Part shown: positions 24,721-37,277 of the stretch, in pieces
How positions within the stretch are numbered: position 1 is the stretch's first letter
Layout: each line of letters opens with the position of its first letter
From: Botryllus schlosseri
Lineage: Eukaryota
Assembly: GCA_051294905.1 (NCBI GenBank)
Contig: CM119371.1
Location: 6,634,001 to 6,698,000, forward strand
Direction of reading: 5' to 3'
Length of the DNA stretch: 64,000 nt
Notes under the pieces: model-generated
Databases searched by the model: none
The model's input: the letters and a program-made list of their open reading frames with translations, nothing else
Told to the model about the DNA's origin: nothing
Translations under genes and position numbers: made by a program

Positions 24721-26602
24721 AACTTGGATATTAAATCAACTTACATTAATATCAAATAGTGGTTCATTTTCATGAGCATGACTCAAGTACGGTATAGCAT
24801 GCTTCATGAAAATAGCAAATGTCCGTACAACAAGCTTGGCTTGTCTCGTACTATACAGTTCGCCTGTAGCTTTTACAGTAAAACCAGAAAGTAGATTAGA
24901 AAGGAAATAAGAGCTTAGAAACATTTTACAAATTAGATTAGAATTAGATTAACGGTGCCAGCATTTAGGGAGATTTGTTTGGTTATTAGACTTTGCCCTG
25001 TGCCCTATGTCACATCAACGATGTAATTAACCATCCCATAAAAGAGTTCAATCTTGATGATTACTAACGAATACAGAGGCGTGCTTGAATGAATGCTTTT
25101 AGACAGGATTTCAAGAACATGCAGTTGAGCAGGAGTAGCCATACTTCAATTGTTCTATTAGCAATCATTCATGGTTCAATCAGTTCCTACAAACCGGGAT
25201 AATAACTGCAGCGTTGGAGCAAATTGAAAACTGATATCATTATGTTAACTTCACTATTCAATTCTTAAATACTTCTGTAGGTGCGAATAGAATGTTGATG
25301 TCCGTCTTAATTGTGACTTGAAAATACGCAGCCGGATAGAACTCACTTTGAATGAAAATTGGGAATTGCTTGAAAGTTGCAACTTGCTTACTTCTGATCG
25401 AAAGATAATCCTTGCCTGTGATGATAAAGAAAGGATACATCACGTTAGATGTATCATAGCATTGATGGCAAATAATCAAAACTGAAATCATTGATTTTAC
25501 GAAAAGATAAATTCAGAATTACTCACTTTCATCTCTCGGATAGATTTGTCAGACATTGATGCATGTCAGATTATAATTGATTGACATTGGTCGAGATTGT
25601 CACGAAAACTTCTATAATCACCAAAACCATTTCACATTCGCCGACCAGACCATTAAATGATATGCTATGACGATATTCTGATTGTAATCCACTGTACCAA
25701 AATGAAGAATGGTTATGAAAAGTAAAATCAATTCTGGCCATCGTACGAGAATATGTGGTAGATAACCAGTTGCCGATAGTCACCTGACAGAAACATGATC
25801 AAAATGGTTGGTTTTGAGAACGAATAAAATTAGGAATCTTAATCATGGCTAGCGGAAAAATGACACTTTTTCATTCGGCGGACCCAAATTCTTCAAAAAA
25901 CAATAAGTATAGCAAGATAATCAAAAATTTCATCCGATTTTATTTCGTACTTAATCATTGTTTATCCACGATTCTCATAAAATAAGATACACATATAAAC
26001 TTGTAACCTAAGCGCTATTTCAAAACGTATACTGCTATTGCGATCCGTTTGAAGAGCGGATAACTTGATCGTGTACCCGACTTAACAAGGGTGAGATCAT
26101 CCAAACTGATTTGACTTTATCATAATTAGTCATTGAGTGCGGCTGGTTTTTTTCATATTGAATTATTGGCAGTGAACAACTTGTATGGCCTACAGTAATC
26201 AGTAGGTTCCCAACTCCTGATATTGGCCATGTAACCCTTGTGCAATGAATTTTCCCAGTCATCAATATCATCCATCATATTTCTATCGAGTAAGGAACTA
26301 CAGTAAAGATATGATGGGCTGTATTAACTAAAATTGCCGGCATTATTATGCACTTTCGTATATTTCCACAAAATTACTGGTTACTATTGCTATGACATTT
26401 ATCAAATGGTACAAATTGACAGAAAGTAGTTTCCACATGCCAAAATTTGAAAAAACTGGACCTACGAAGTTCTGCTGTTTTGAAACAAAAAATGCGCAAT
26501 CTTCAAGGAAATAATGATGGATTGAAAATGAAATGAATTGTAACTGTTGCTTCGGAACTGAAAATCCAGTAATTATTACGAGTCTACTCATGTGAGTGCA
26601 AT

Positions 26603-28216
26603 CTATCTCTTCACAAATACAGATCTGTAAATTTTAAAACATTCATCTACTTTTGGTGTCACTATTGTCCATTTGTCTTGTGATATATCATACTTTTCAA
26701 TTGTACTAGAGGTTCCTCCATTTGCTACTGCAAAAATCCACTTGTCAATGTGATATGCAGAAACTCGACCATGACAAGCATTCATAGAAGATAATGAAGT
26801 CCACTGAGCTGAAGTAACATCGTAACATTCTACGTTGTCGACTTTATTGAGTTCATGTATTCTTCCGCTTTTCCCACCGATCACAAATATCTTTTGATCA
26901 ACTGCAACAACACCACTCACACAAACAGGATATCTAATTGGTTCGAGATCAACCCACTCTGATGAGGATGGAGTGAATCTGCAGAATGAAGAAACTACGA
27001 CACCATCTGGTGCTATACCTCCGATACAATAGATGGAATCATTCAACGATACGAGACTTGGTGAACGAATTGGTGTAGGTTTATCTTCTAGTTGAAACCA
27101 TTGATTTACGGGTGTAGTAAATATTTCCACATCACTTGTTGCTTTATTATAACTTCCCCCAACCACGAATATTATTCCCGACAATGCAACTGAGCGAGGA
27201 TTCGTTCCATGATCACAAATCATATCTTTCATCCTTTCCCATTTTGAATTTTTGCCCTGAAAATTGAGTCGATGAACTGATTGATTCTCACATAAAACGT
27301 AGATATGCGAGTCTAACGAAATCGCCGAGAATTGTTTTACATTCGTAAACTTCTCATCATGAAGAACCTCTACTTTCTCAGATAATGGATTGAAGGATCG
27401 GATACAATCTGCGTCATCATCAAAAAGAATAATTTCTTCGTTGGTTTTCTGTGATGCATTTAAAGCTTTCAAAAGATGTCCATTGATCAACTTGTGCAAT
27501 CCCAAGTCGTTTGGGTTTGATTCCAAAAGACATTCTAAAAATGCCGGAGAGACTTTATCAAACTTGATTCCTTCCAGACATTCGCACAAATGTTCCTGAT
27601 TTTTCCGATCTTTCTCGATCCAATTGAACAATAACCTTAGTTTTTCTTCTTCGCATAACTTTGATTTTTCCGACATCACAAATTTGAGGATGTTGGTTTT
27701 TTCAATACCTCCAAATTCAGGTTGGTATGATATCTTCATAATATTTGCAATAAAAAACGCTCTACATCGCGTAGAGAGCGCATCCAGTTCATACATATCG
27801 GCGACATTTCTTGTGGAAAAGTAATTCTCTACATTAACTGACTCCTCCAAAACATCAGATATTGCCTGTTTCACGTCATCCAACTGCATCATGATCGCGA
27901 CATGAAGAAGATCGTTCATCTTTTCATCAGGAATCTCAAATTTGCCCGAATATATGAAATCGATGCAGTTTTTCACACACTGTGAATCGACCTCTTTCAA
28001 AACAACTTTTCCTTCGCGACTCTCTTTGGTGTCGTGCTTTAACATAGCTTTGAAATAAGCACAACCAGCCGACAATACATTTTTGTGAGTGTAATAGACA
28101 TCATCTCCCACTTGAATTATGAAATCACAATGATCGTTTTCTTGCTTCATTCGATGTAATTCTTCCATCATCTTCACTGAATGTTTTTCTACATTTCGAC
28201 ACACACTCTGCACCAT
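26603..28216 (-). CDS. BTB-BACK-Kelch (KLHL-like) protein, copy 3, intact, 537 aa
   Basis: Uninterrupted ATG-to-stop ORF, colinear with copy 1, ending VFVKR. Confidence 0.95.
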   Translation of the reverse strand: MVQSVCRNVEKHSVKMMEELHRMKQENDHCDFIIQVGDDVYYTHKNVLSAGCAYFKAMLKHDTKESREGKVVLKEVDSQCVKNCIDFIYSGKFEIPDEKMNDLLHVAIMMQLDDVKQAISDVLEESVNVENYFSTRNVADMYELDALSTRCRAFFIANIMKISYQPEFGGIEKTNILKFVMSEKSKLCEEEKLRLLFNWIEKDRKNQEHLCECLEGIKFDKVSPAFLECLLESNPNDLGLHKLINGHLLKALNASQKTNEEIILFDDDADCIRSFNPLSEKVEVLHDEKFTNVKQFSAISLDSHIYVLCENQSVHRLNFQGKNSKWERMKDMICDHGTNPRSVALSGIIFVVGGSYNKATSDVEIFTTPVNQWFQLEDKPTPIRSPSLVSLNDSIYCIGGIAPDGVVVSSFCRFTPSSSEWVDLEPIRYPVCVSGVVAVDQKIFVIGGKSGRIHELNKVDNVECYDVTSAQWTSLSSMNACHGRVSAYHIDKWIFAVANGGTSSTIEKYDISQDKWTIVTPKVDECFKIYRSVFVKR

Positions 28217-28814
28217 GATCGTTGATCAACTATACAATATATAATGATCCTACGATTATTATAATATAGTCAAGCAAGCTGTTATTGAATTAAACATGAT
28301 TAGTTAACTCTAGTAATGCCTGTTGAAAGAATCATAATACGTATAATAACGTCACGGGTATGAATTGAAGGAAATTCAACTACACACAAGATGAACACTG
28401 AACAGTGCTAAATCAGAGGCATCCCTGCCATAATGCAGTTATGAAAACTTCTTCCATCGATTTGCCCAAGTTTTATTTGTTGTATTGACACGAAACCAAA
28501 GAGTTATTGCGGTCGATTACCACCACCTCGCGAATGATCGAGTTGATTACCGGTAATCTAAATTGTATTTTGGAACATCAAAAATAATTTCATACTGTGG
28601 TATATTCCAGGGGCGGCCGCATCTGTTTCAATATATATATCTATATATATATAATATAACGACTTTCAATTAAATAAAAGGGCAAAAGAAAACAGGAAAC
28701 AAAAGAACATCAAGATAATCAGTTTTGGCCCAAAACTGTTTCAATGCTCCAACCGAACATCACAAAGATTGGTTTTAAAGTAGCCGCAACACGAAAGATC
28801 ACGCTTATTTCACT

Positions 28815-29808
28815 CAGAGATGCCACTGGAATATTTCCAAAAAAAAACAGATGTGGAGGCCAAATAAACCCAGAAAAACCCAGATTTTACTCAAATATCG
28901 ATAAGATATCAATTACAGTAATAGAGTTATAAAAGCCTTTAACATTGAATCTCCAACAGTTCATGCTATATATTTTGCTCGGTTAACACTGCAAATATGT
29001 TGTTTTCCTCTAGACGCATTGCTATGAAACAATTGGCGGGCGGTGTCAATACTCAATGTAGTATTAGGCTAAATATATCATTGTACTGCGAATGGTCTTA
29101 TAACAGTGCCACACATTCCCCATTTCTGAGGATGATTTTCGTGTATTTTCGGTGACCTAGCCAGATTAGAAGTAATAGCTTTCGATTGATTAATCCTGGG
29201 ACAATCACTTTGATCTGGGAAAAAGACACATGCCCATTTTTGGTCGAAATAATAACTGACGAATCACGAAATTCATCCTATATTTGAATGCGCTGATAAC
29301 CATACCAACACCTCTGCCTAAATTGCTTGGGGTGTCCAACTGTTTCCCCGAGTATCCCAGTTGGAACTAAATATTTTTAGATAACAATATAATATATTAG
29401 TCAGATCAACACCAGGTCTATCCATTTGAATACTTTACAGTTACATGTTGTTTATCGAATTGGTTGGAGTGACACTAGTATTCACGTCTTAAATCATTTC
29501 AAATGGTAAGATAGCCTTTCCAATGATTCGCCCTATGAACATGACTATCTGCGACCTGAAGGTTCCAATTCAATGAAAATCCATCGCATCACGCCGAAAC
29601 AGTCTCTACAAGACTCTGAGCGAACTGAAGTGCGTGGATTTTACGACATTATGATCTTACTAATCTAATAATAAATTTTTGAGTGTAAAACTGACCTGAC
29701 GAACATGATGTTGAAATAAACCCAGATTTCAAGGACAAAAACCCAGAAACACAGGTGATGCCTAAAAAACCCAGATCTGGGTGGAAAAACCCAGGAGTGG
29801 CATGTCTG
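28815..29808. mobile_element. Non-autonomous DNA transposon with AAACCCAG subterminal repeats, upstream of copy 3
   Basis: TIRs CAGAGATGCCACT / AGTGGCATGTCTG with TTCACT on both sides; absent from the paralogous upstream regions at about 12210 and 61943. Confidence 0.8.
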
Positions 29809-30057
29809 TTCACTCCGTGTTTGGAAACGAAATCAGCGAAGCATGTGGCATGTCAGTGCCACCTGACGGATTAGTTTTTGCATTTGCAGTGTTGTGTTGC
29901 CGTTGCCAATGATAAATATATATTATTAAATTATTGAATTATTAAATATATATTTATCATTGGGGTTACTGACGGGGTAAACCTTGTGCTATCAGTAACA
30001 ATTATTCAGTTTATCAATATTTTCATCATTTCAAAACACCACAAGACTGCGACTAGC

Positions 30058-32105
30058 CAGTGGTTCTTAACCTTTTTCATACCGTTACCCCCAAGAAGAA
30101 AATGACAGGATGCAATTACCCCCTTTTAAAAAATAACAAATTACAGCTTGCACTCAATTAATTGTAAAACAACACAACGTGACGTCATAATGCCTGGTGA
30201 AAATATCAAGTCAATGTGAAGGCTGTTTTTGCGTTATCCAGTGGTCACATCTAGGCAAAGCGGAGGATAATAGACAGCATCTCATGTAATAGTCCAGTGG
30301 TTCTCAACCTTTTCGACCTCGCGGCACCCTTTGAAAATGAAAAATAGTTCGCGGCACACCATCACAGTGGCTTTTGAACTTCGTTGGCTTACGGAACCTG
30401 CAGACTACCAGAATGCTTAATATCACCCAGCAGTGACGCCGACTAATGTGACCACCTCTGCAGTCAATCCAAAATGCTTCTGTACTTCTCCATTTTAAAA
30501 TTTCTAAAAGTAAACTTGTAAGTAAAGCGTCCCTCGTATAGCTTACTAAGCCGTGATAAAAAAGCCGTCGTTTTCCTCGGGCCAGAATATCGTTCCTTCG
30601 TGATTACTACGGACAGGGCGTTTCCGGGCGAAAGTAAAGGGGGTCATTTTGAAATGCGACTTCACAGAAACTTCGGGCTGCCCTTAGATACTATTTCATA
30701 AGATTTGGCGATAGGCACGATAGGCGTTAACGAATACGGAGGCGTAGATGGTTAGGCTATACCAGGCTGTACAGTGTACAACTGTACAGTGTACATGTAC
30801 ATAATGCATTTGCACGCAGATCGTGTAGCACGCGTGAGGATAGCCATACCCCAATGGTTGTACTGGCAGCCACCCGTAGTCGATCATATTTCCAACAAAC
30901 CAATATTATAACTGATATAATTTGATCAACATTTCTTCTCAACTCTCAACTCGACATTAACACAAACGTTGTGCTACAAGCCTACATTTTAACGGAAGTG
31001 CCGGCACGATACCTAAAAATCGCAATGTGGATCGCCATGTTTGTAATTCGAGTTTGTAACCGTGAACCTCAATTCCAAAGAAGTTCATTTTTCGCTGGTG
31101 ATTGGGGAGACAATAATGAGGATTAGAAAACTGCATTGTGATACAGGCGCCGTTAAGGATGCTCCTCTCTGCGATCAATCAACGTACTGTGCAAAACTGA
31201 ATTCAGTCTTCAAGGCGCGCGATTTGTCCGGTTAAGTGAATTCGTGGGGGTATTGATTGCGGGCATAACATCAATTTTGATTTGTCAAATGAACAAACGT
31301 CACATCAAGCTCGAATAAAATTACTATTGATCGTTTGCTTTTGACTAGAATTATTTTGCGCATAATTTCAAAATTCTGAAGAAATCGCTCGCGGCACACC
31401 TGCGAGACGTAAATGGCACACTAGTGTGCCGCGGCACACCGGTTGAGAACCACTGATAGTTAATCGCATACTTATTTCAATTTTTGATTTTGATAGATAC
31501 CATTGCAGAAAATCCTATTTCACAGCAATAATTTTAAGAAAATTCAATCAGAAAGTTTAAGTGCCATTATGACAAAGATTTGTTATTCATTTTGAAGCCG
31601 AACCCGCAAGGTTTCCAATATATTCCCCTCGTTTCTCCGAAAGCATTTTGATGATGTCAGACTTAAATTTTCCGACAAGACTAGGCTACTACACTTTTCA
31701 ATACTAACAACTATATTTCTAGGATATTGTTATTGTATTATAGCTGTAAACCTGAACCTAGACTCCCCTTGTTGTCCTTCAATTTGCCAGCATGCGTAAC
31801 AATATAATATGATCCGCACTACTGCGAAATAAATTCGATATACCTAGCACTATGCTAACTACATTTGACCCTGTTATTCATAATCACTGGTGGTTACTAT
31901 GATATCACAGCAGGCATGGTGCGTTGAGTGAAACAAAATATATACAAGCTCGCAGAAATCCATGTTAGCCTACATTCATATTTACGTTTGAAAATATTTC
32001 ACAGTGCAGCGTTAAAAGTTCGTGAAATATGCCAATTAGAATTACCCCCCGGAAATTGGTGAATTACCCCTTTGGGGGTAATTACCCCCAGGTTAAGAAC
32101 CACTG
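30058..32105. mobile_element. Non-autonomous hAT element containing nested 30295-31455
   Basis: TIRs CAGTGGTTCTTAACC / GGTTAAGAACCACTG; TSD GACTAG(G)C; paralogous empty site GACTAGAC near 62154. Confidence 0.88.
30295..31455. mobile_element. Nested hAT non-autonomous element
   Basis: TIRs CAGTGGTTCTCAACC / GGTTGAGAACCACTG with GCGGCACACC subterminal motifs; TSD degraded. Confidence 0.8.
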
Positions 32106-33799
32106 GACTAGGCGATGTAGAGAATAGGCATGCACGATGAATGAAAAGTTAAACAGAGAATATAAAAGGCATGCTAGCCCTACAAATGGGTACAGTCTTT
32201 GAAAATATATGCATTTACGATGATGCAGGAGCTATTTAGTGCAATTTTTTACGACTCACAAATGTGTATCAGATGTATCACAAAACCAATTCATACTTTT
32301 CAAAATCCAAAGTGAAAAAAGTAGGTAGTTGTGGGCCTAAACAACATTTTAAGTAGTAGCGGAAGTAAAATGTCAAAATGTCACCATTAGGGCATGTAGC
32401 GCAAATAAGCAAAACGTACTTAAGTACTGCGAATAGGAACAATCTTCAGCAACATATCTAGTTACGATATGTGGCTCTTTTACGGCCTTTCTTATGACAA
32501 TTTCCGTCATAAAAATGATCCCAATTATCCAAAAGCTACTTTCTACTTTCCAAAACTCAATGTGGGAAAAGTAGTTTGCACATAATCTGTTCAAGTAGTA
32601 GCCGTTACTAATGGTATAAAAAGATAGCCACTTCAGTACTCCCCCAAAGTAGTAGTAGTAGTACATTGTTATAGACCCCCTCTGGCAATATTTAAAAAGT
32701 GGAGAAGATTATATGGAGCCGCGTGGACTCTCTCTCTCACACACTGTAAAATCTTCATTTACTGTATACCCTTTGTTATACATGCCTGGCTGTCCTAAAT
32801 CAGGGTAGGGCAACATGCGACCTGCAGACAGCTTCCGGTCGTATACGATAATGTCGCCGTCGTCTACATTCAACCGCGAGTCATCGTTTTCGACCATGAG
32901 CATTATAGCCTAATAAGACAAAGCCTCGTTCCAATCAAACTTATGTTTACGGGCAGTCTCTACTTCCAACATGCAGCCAGATAGTTCAAAGAACTTTCTC
33001 GACCACAGAATTATTTTTACATCTATTGAATTACATTACGATACTGAATTCATTGACAACTGTTTTTGGTCTCTATACTTCACGCTTAAAATTTATATTA
33101 TGCATATTTTGTTCCTTGCATAGGTGGATAAAGACGCGATTGATGTATCGATCCAGCAATCCGGTACGCCAAGTACTTCATTTTTCTATATCCGGTCCGC
33201 CGAACGGAGAAGTTGCCCACCCCCGTTCTAAATGTTCACAGCATAATAATCAGGTTGACAACTCGCTAGATTCCCAATTTCATGCTTTCAACACAGTTTA
33301 TTTTTTACAAACAGTAGACAAATAAGAAACCCAATCATACGTCATTCATTTCGCAGGAAATTACTAGAGTTTATACTCTTACGCAGTTGTAAGCAACAGA
33401 TAGAACGAAGACAGAGAGACATTGAATTTCAAGCTTAACCTGAACACAGTCGTGTCTAAAATTCAGTGTTGATATATTTTAAAAACCTACAATGCCAAAG
33501 CCTCAGGTTCCGCAGACAACAACCCAATATTATTCAAACGACCGAGGCAAAGTGAAGATGTCAAACCAGCTGTAGTAACTGTAGCGAAAGAATCAAAACT
33601 TTCTGTACAATCATCTGTACATAGTAAGTATAAGAATGTGCAATCTAAATTGCAGTTTCCCAAAGTCAAGAAAGAGACCGTGTTTGGCTTTGGGAATAGT
33701 GAGGGTTAACATGTCTGCAAAAGTAGTGGTTCTTGTCCTTTTTCATAGCCATGGCCTAATTTCGATTTTGCAAAAAAATATGCCAAGACCCGGCACTCG

Positions 33800-34440
33800 T
33801 CCTCGAGCGTTTGATGGCTGGCTTGCCCCAACGAACAAGATTATCCCAGTACTACCGCAAATACAAAATTCTAAAATTTGACGATATTTTTACATTTGAA
33901 GTAGCTAAATTTATGCATCAATATTTTTCAAATGAATTGCCTCCTGTGTTTAATGATTTCTTCGCCCTTGCTCAAACTGTTCACTCACATAATACCAGAT
34001 TTTCTTCCCAAGGTAACATCTATTTTCATCGACCCACAAGTAACCTCACAAAGAAATCGATCGACTATGCCGGTCCTGTCATATGGAATGCTATACCCTC
34101 ATCAATACGGGACATCCCATACCACTCCTTCAAAAAGGAATTATTCAGTCACCTCATCTCCCGTTACCAATGATCCGCTTGTCTCACACCAATTTTTTTA
34201 GTTTCTTCAGTATTTTATTTTTATGCTGAGCTGAATTGATTGATCCCAACCAATGCATCCAAATTTATGACACGATATCTGTATTTGTTAATGCAGGGTG
34301 TGATCAGACTAGTTGACCCTACCCAGAGTCATATCGGTCACACCCTGTCCTATACCGTTAAGTTCATTTATTGTTGTTTCATGTGCCAATGATGTTTTCT
34401 TTACGGTTGGACAAATCAATAAATATCTCTCTCTCTCTCA
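33800..34440 (+). mobile_element. 5'-truncated CR1/L2-clade-like LINE 3' end (second family)
   Basis: ORF 33811-34173 has AKFMHQY...HSHNTR...YAGPVIWN; tail AATAAATATCTCTCTCTC; the paralogous region near 18975 lacks the insertion. Confidence 0.85.
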
Positions 34441-35214
34441 ATCTCCTTTTAAGCGGCGGCAATACGGCAGGTTTAGGCCTAGCAGTTCATATCATATCAT
34501 AGTTCTCATGAGCAGGATGGGGAATGTACATATCGCAGTCTCGGCTCATTTCCAACTACACGGTTATTCTGCAGCCTTTACAGAAAAACCGGAAATTAGA
34601 GTGGAACATTTCCCAAATTAGATTATAATCAGATTAATGGCATTTCGCTCTAATGAGGCAAAACAGACAGCTGAAATTATCCAAGTCTGTCTGGATCGTC
34701 TCCGCCTTTTTGGTTCAACTGTTTGATTTTTGGGTCCGACTTGGATTATAAATTGGGGCTAGCAGTGCGCTTCGCCCTGTCACTGGATATCGGCATGATG
34801 AAGGATGCGCTTTTCGTAAAGAGTTCTCCCTCGCCAAATTTGACTTTTTCTCGTCGTCTGATTCCATCGTCGTCACAACCTGTGACCAAGGGAAGGGGTC
34901 CGGGGTTTGAATTTTACGACTTCTTCGTTCAATTGAGCCGCCACATTCTTACTCGCTTTGGATCATTGCACAGAACTTCCGGTCTGCAAAAAATAGGGGG
35001 TCAGTCAATACTAGTATTGAAATCCCGGGAGTTTAAGGTATATTCTGGTTGCGATCCCGGGCTTACCTTCATTGAAATCCCCGGATTTCGCAAAAGCATC
35101 TACCAGGCCTTAAACTACTTCCACTTAAGTTTTTTTTCGGCAAAACTAAGCCTACAATACTTCACTTTTTTACTTATTTGGAAATTTCTACTTCTCCTTG
35201 TACTTTAGTATAAA

Positions 35215-35552
35215 TTTGTTTGGCTGCATTTGTTTATTTTCCACTAGCTTGTCGATGCGTGGCATACGTTTGCTTACAGCGCATCGAAAGTCATGCATGG
35301 GCGCAACAACTCGGTTTCGTTTCGACAACTTGATAGTCATCAGGGGATGAAAATCCTTGCTCGCATTCCCATGTATAGGGGAAAATTAGCAGCTGGGGCA
35401 TAGCGTGAGAAGACGGTTTGAAGAAACTAAAAATCAACCTCACCTGAAGTAATAACTCCAATCGGTCGAACAAAACAGAATCTACTCGCGTACCACCTGG
35501 AAGACCTTCGCGTACCACTAGTGGTACGCTTACCACAAGTTGGGAACCACTG
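35215..35552 (-). mobile_element. hAT Buster/Charlie-type transposase C-terminal fragment with terminal TIR
   Basis: Minus-strand translation LLIFPYTWECEQGFS(fs)LMTIKLSKRNRV..HDFRCAVS...PRIDKLV matches the Buster/SPIN-like C-terminus; CAGTGGTTCCCAAC TIR at 35552. Confidence 0.85.
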
Positions 35553-36201
35553 CACTAAAGTATGGGTCAATAAAATTAATGTTGCAGTTTCCTTGGTTCA
35601 TGTACGTAATTTCGGGTCGCTTAGTTGCCATATAGCAGTTTCATCACATTAAGCTTGACTAAAGTTCAGCAAAACGTTTGGAATTATACGACCTGCCTTA
35701 TTTCAGTTTGCTTCCTATTAGCTCAAAACATCAATGTGGTGTCCTGGTAGAATTTATCCACATCGGTCATTGTCTTATTAACTAAAGACATTGCAATACG
35801 ACCGACGGCGCCATACCATCACATTTTCTGAAAGGGGGCACTAGGGTGAAAAAGAGGTCAATAGCCCCTGTTCTTAGCAATGGTGTCATTTGTAGGCTAT
35901 CACATGATAATTCCAATCCTCATGCTGTTAAAACAAATATCTCCTGGGATGTAGCAACACGAACCCACTTCTCTGCACCGCCAGTTTCCATGTTTCGAGA
36001 GTGTAGTTATGACGGATTTTCGAAATTGCTAACATACTTCAGTAGTTTCGAAAGACAGCAAATTCTACTTCTACCTGAGGTAGGCCACTTATGGGTTGCT
36101 TGGAACAGCACTACTACTCATACTTGAGTGAAATATGTATCACTACTTCTACTTGAGTAACTTCTTGACTACTTTGACAACTTCTGATCATGCATGTGGA
36201 C

Positions 36202-36797
36202 TAGGGTTGTTCAAAAAAACCTTTTCGGATACTTAGGATTCACTGATTACATCGCAAAGTTTCCTAAAAAAGGCTGCACACCAAATTTGACTCGATTCAA
36301 CCAGCAGTAGCCGTGGGAGAGCGAATTGAAGTTTTTGAGTTTATTAAAAAAATGATTTTTATAAAAATTTGACTGTCAACTTAAGAAAATTGTTGAGTTG
36401 CCTAAAAAAACGATGCATAACAATTTTTGCTCACTTTCAACTGGTAGAAGCGAAGTTATTGCAGTTGAAAGTTTTAGATTTGCAAAAATAGCATTTATGG
36501 TGGGTAATCCTAGAATAATTGATAAAAAACTCAACTTCTCTTCTACCGGTTGAACTTGTGTCAAATTTGTTTTGCAACGTTTTCCTAGACAACTCAACCA
36601 TTTCATGAGGTTCACAGCAGAAAATTGAAAAAAATATATATATATTTTTTCTAATAAATGATAAATTTCAATTGACTATGCCTCGACTTCTACGGGTAGG
36701 AATTGAGACAAATTTGGTGTGCTGCGTTTTTTTACGCAACCTAACATTTTAATCAGCGAATCCTCGGGATACGGAAAAGTTATTGTGAACAACCATA
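36202..36797. mobile_element. Putative MITE
   Basis: Imperfect TIRs TAGGGTTGTTCA / TGAACAACCATA; absent from paralogous sites at about 6880 and 55670; no clean TSD. Confidence 0.55.
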
Positions 36798-37277
36798 ATG
36801 CACCCAATCGCAGATAGTTATTTTTAGTGACTATTTCGCGACAACTAAACGACTTTACCCCCTACGAATTTACTGGAAATCAGTGAGCCATATTTAGTAC
36901 ATGAATTCTTTGTCCGCTCAGAATGAGCTGGATATAGGAGTCTGTAGGATGTAAGTATATGATGCGCTGATGTTAAGGAAGATAACATGTTGATAAGAAA
37001 ATCCATGGGATTCCGATTGATTCATTAACAATGAAATTGTCTACATAGCGGACAGAATGTTTGCTATATATTTCCACATTGTCATCAATTCTAGATATGT
37101 TACAACATTACAGAAACTCACCTGTCACCATCATTCCCGGAAATCTTATTGTCGTGATCTCGTCTTTTAGCCGGTGCCAAAGCCTGAAAGAAAATCTTAC
37201 AATTACACAGCTGAAAAAATAGACTTGAACAATAAAATTAAACAGTGGTTCCAGCAGCCACCTTGAACTGTATAGAG

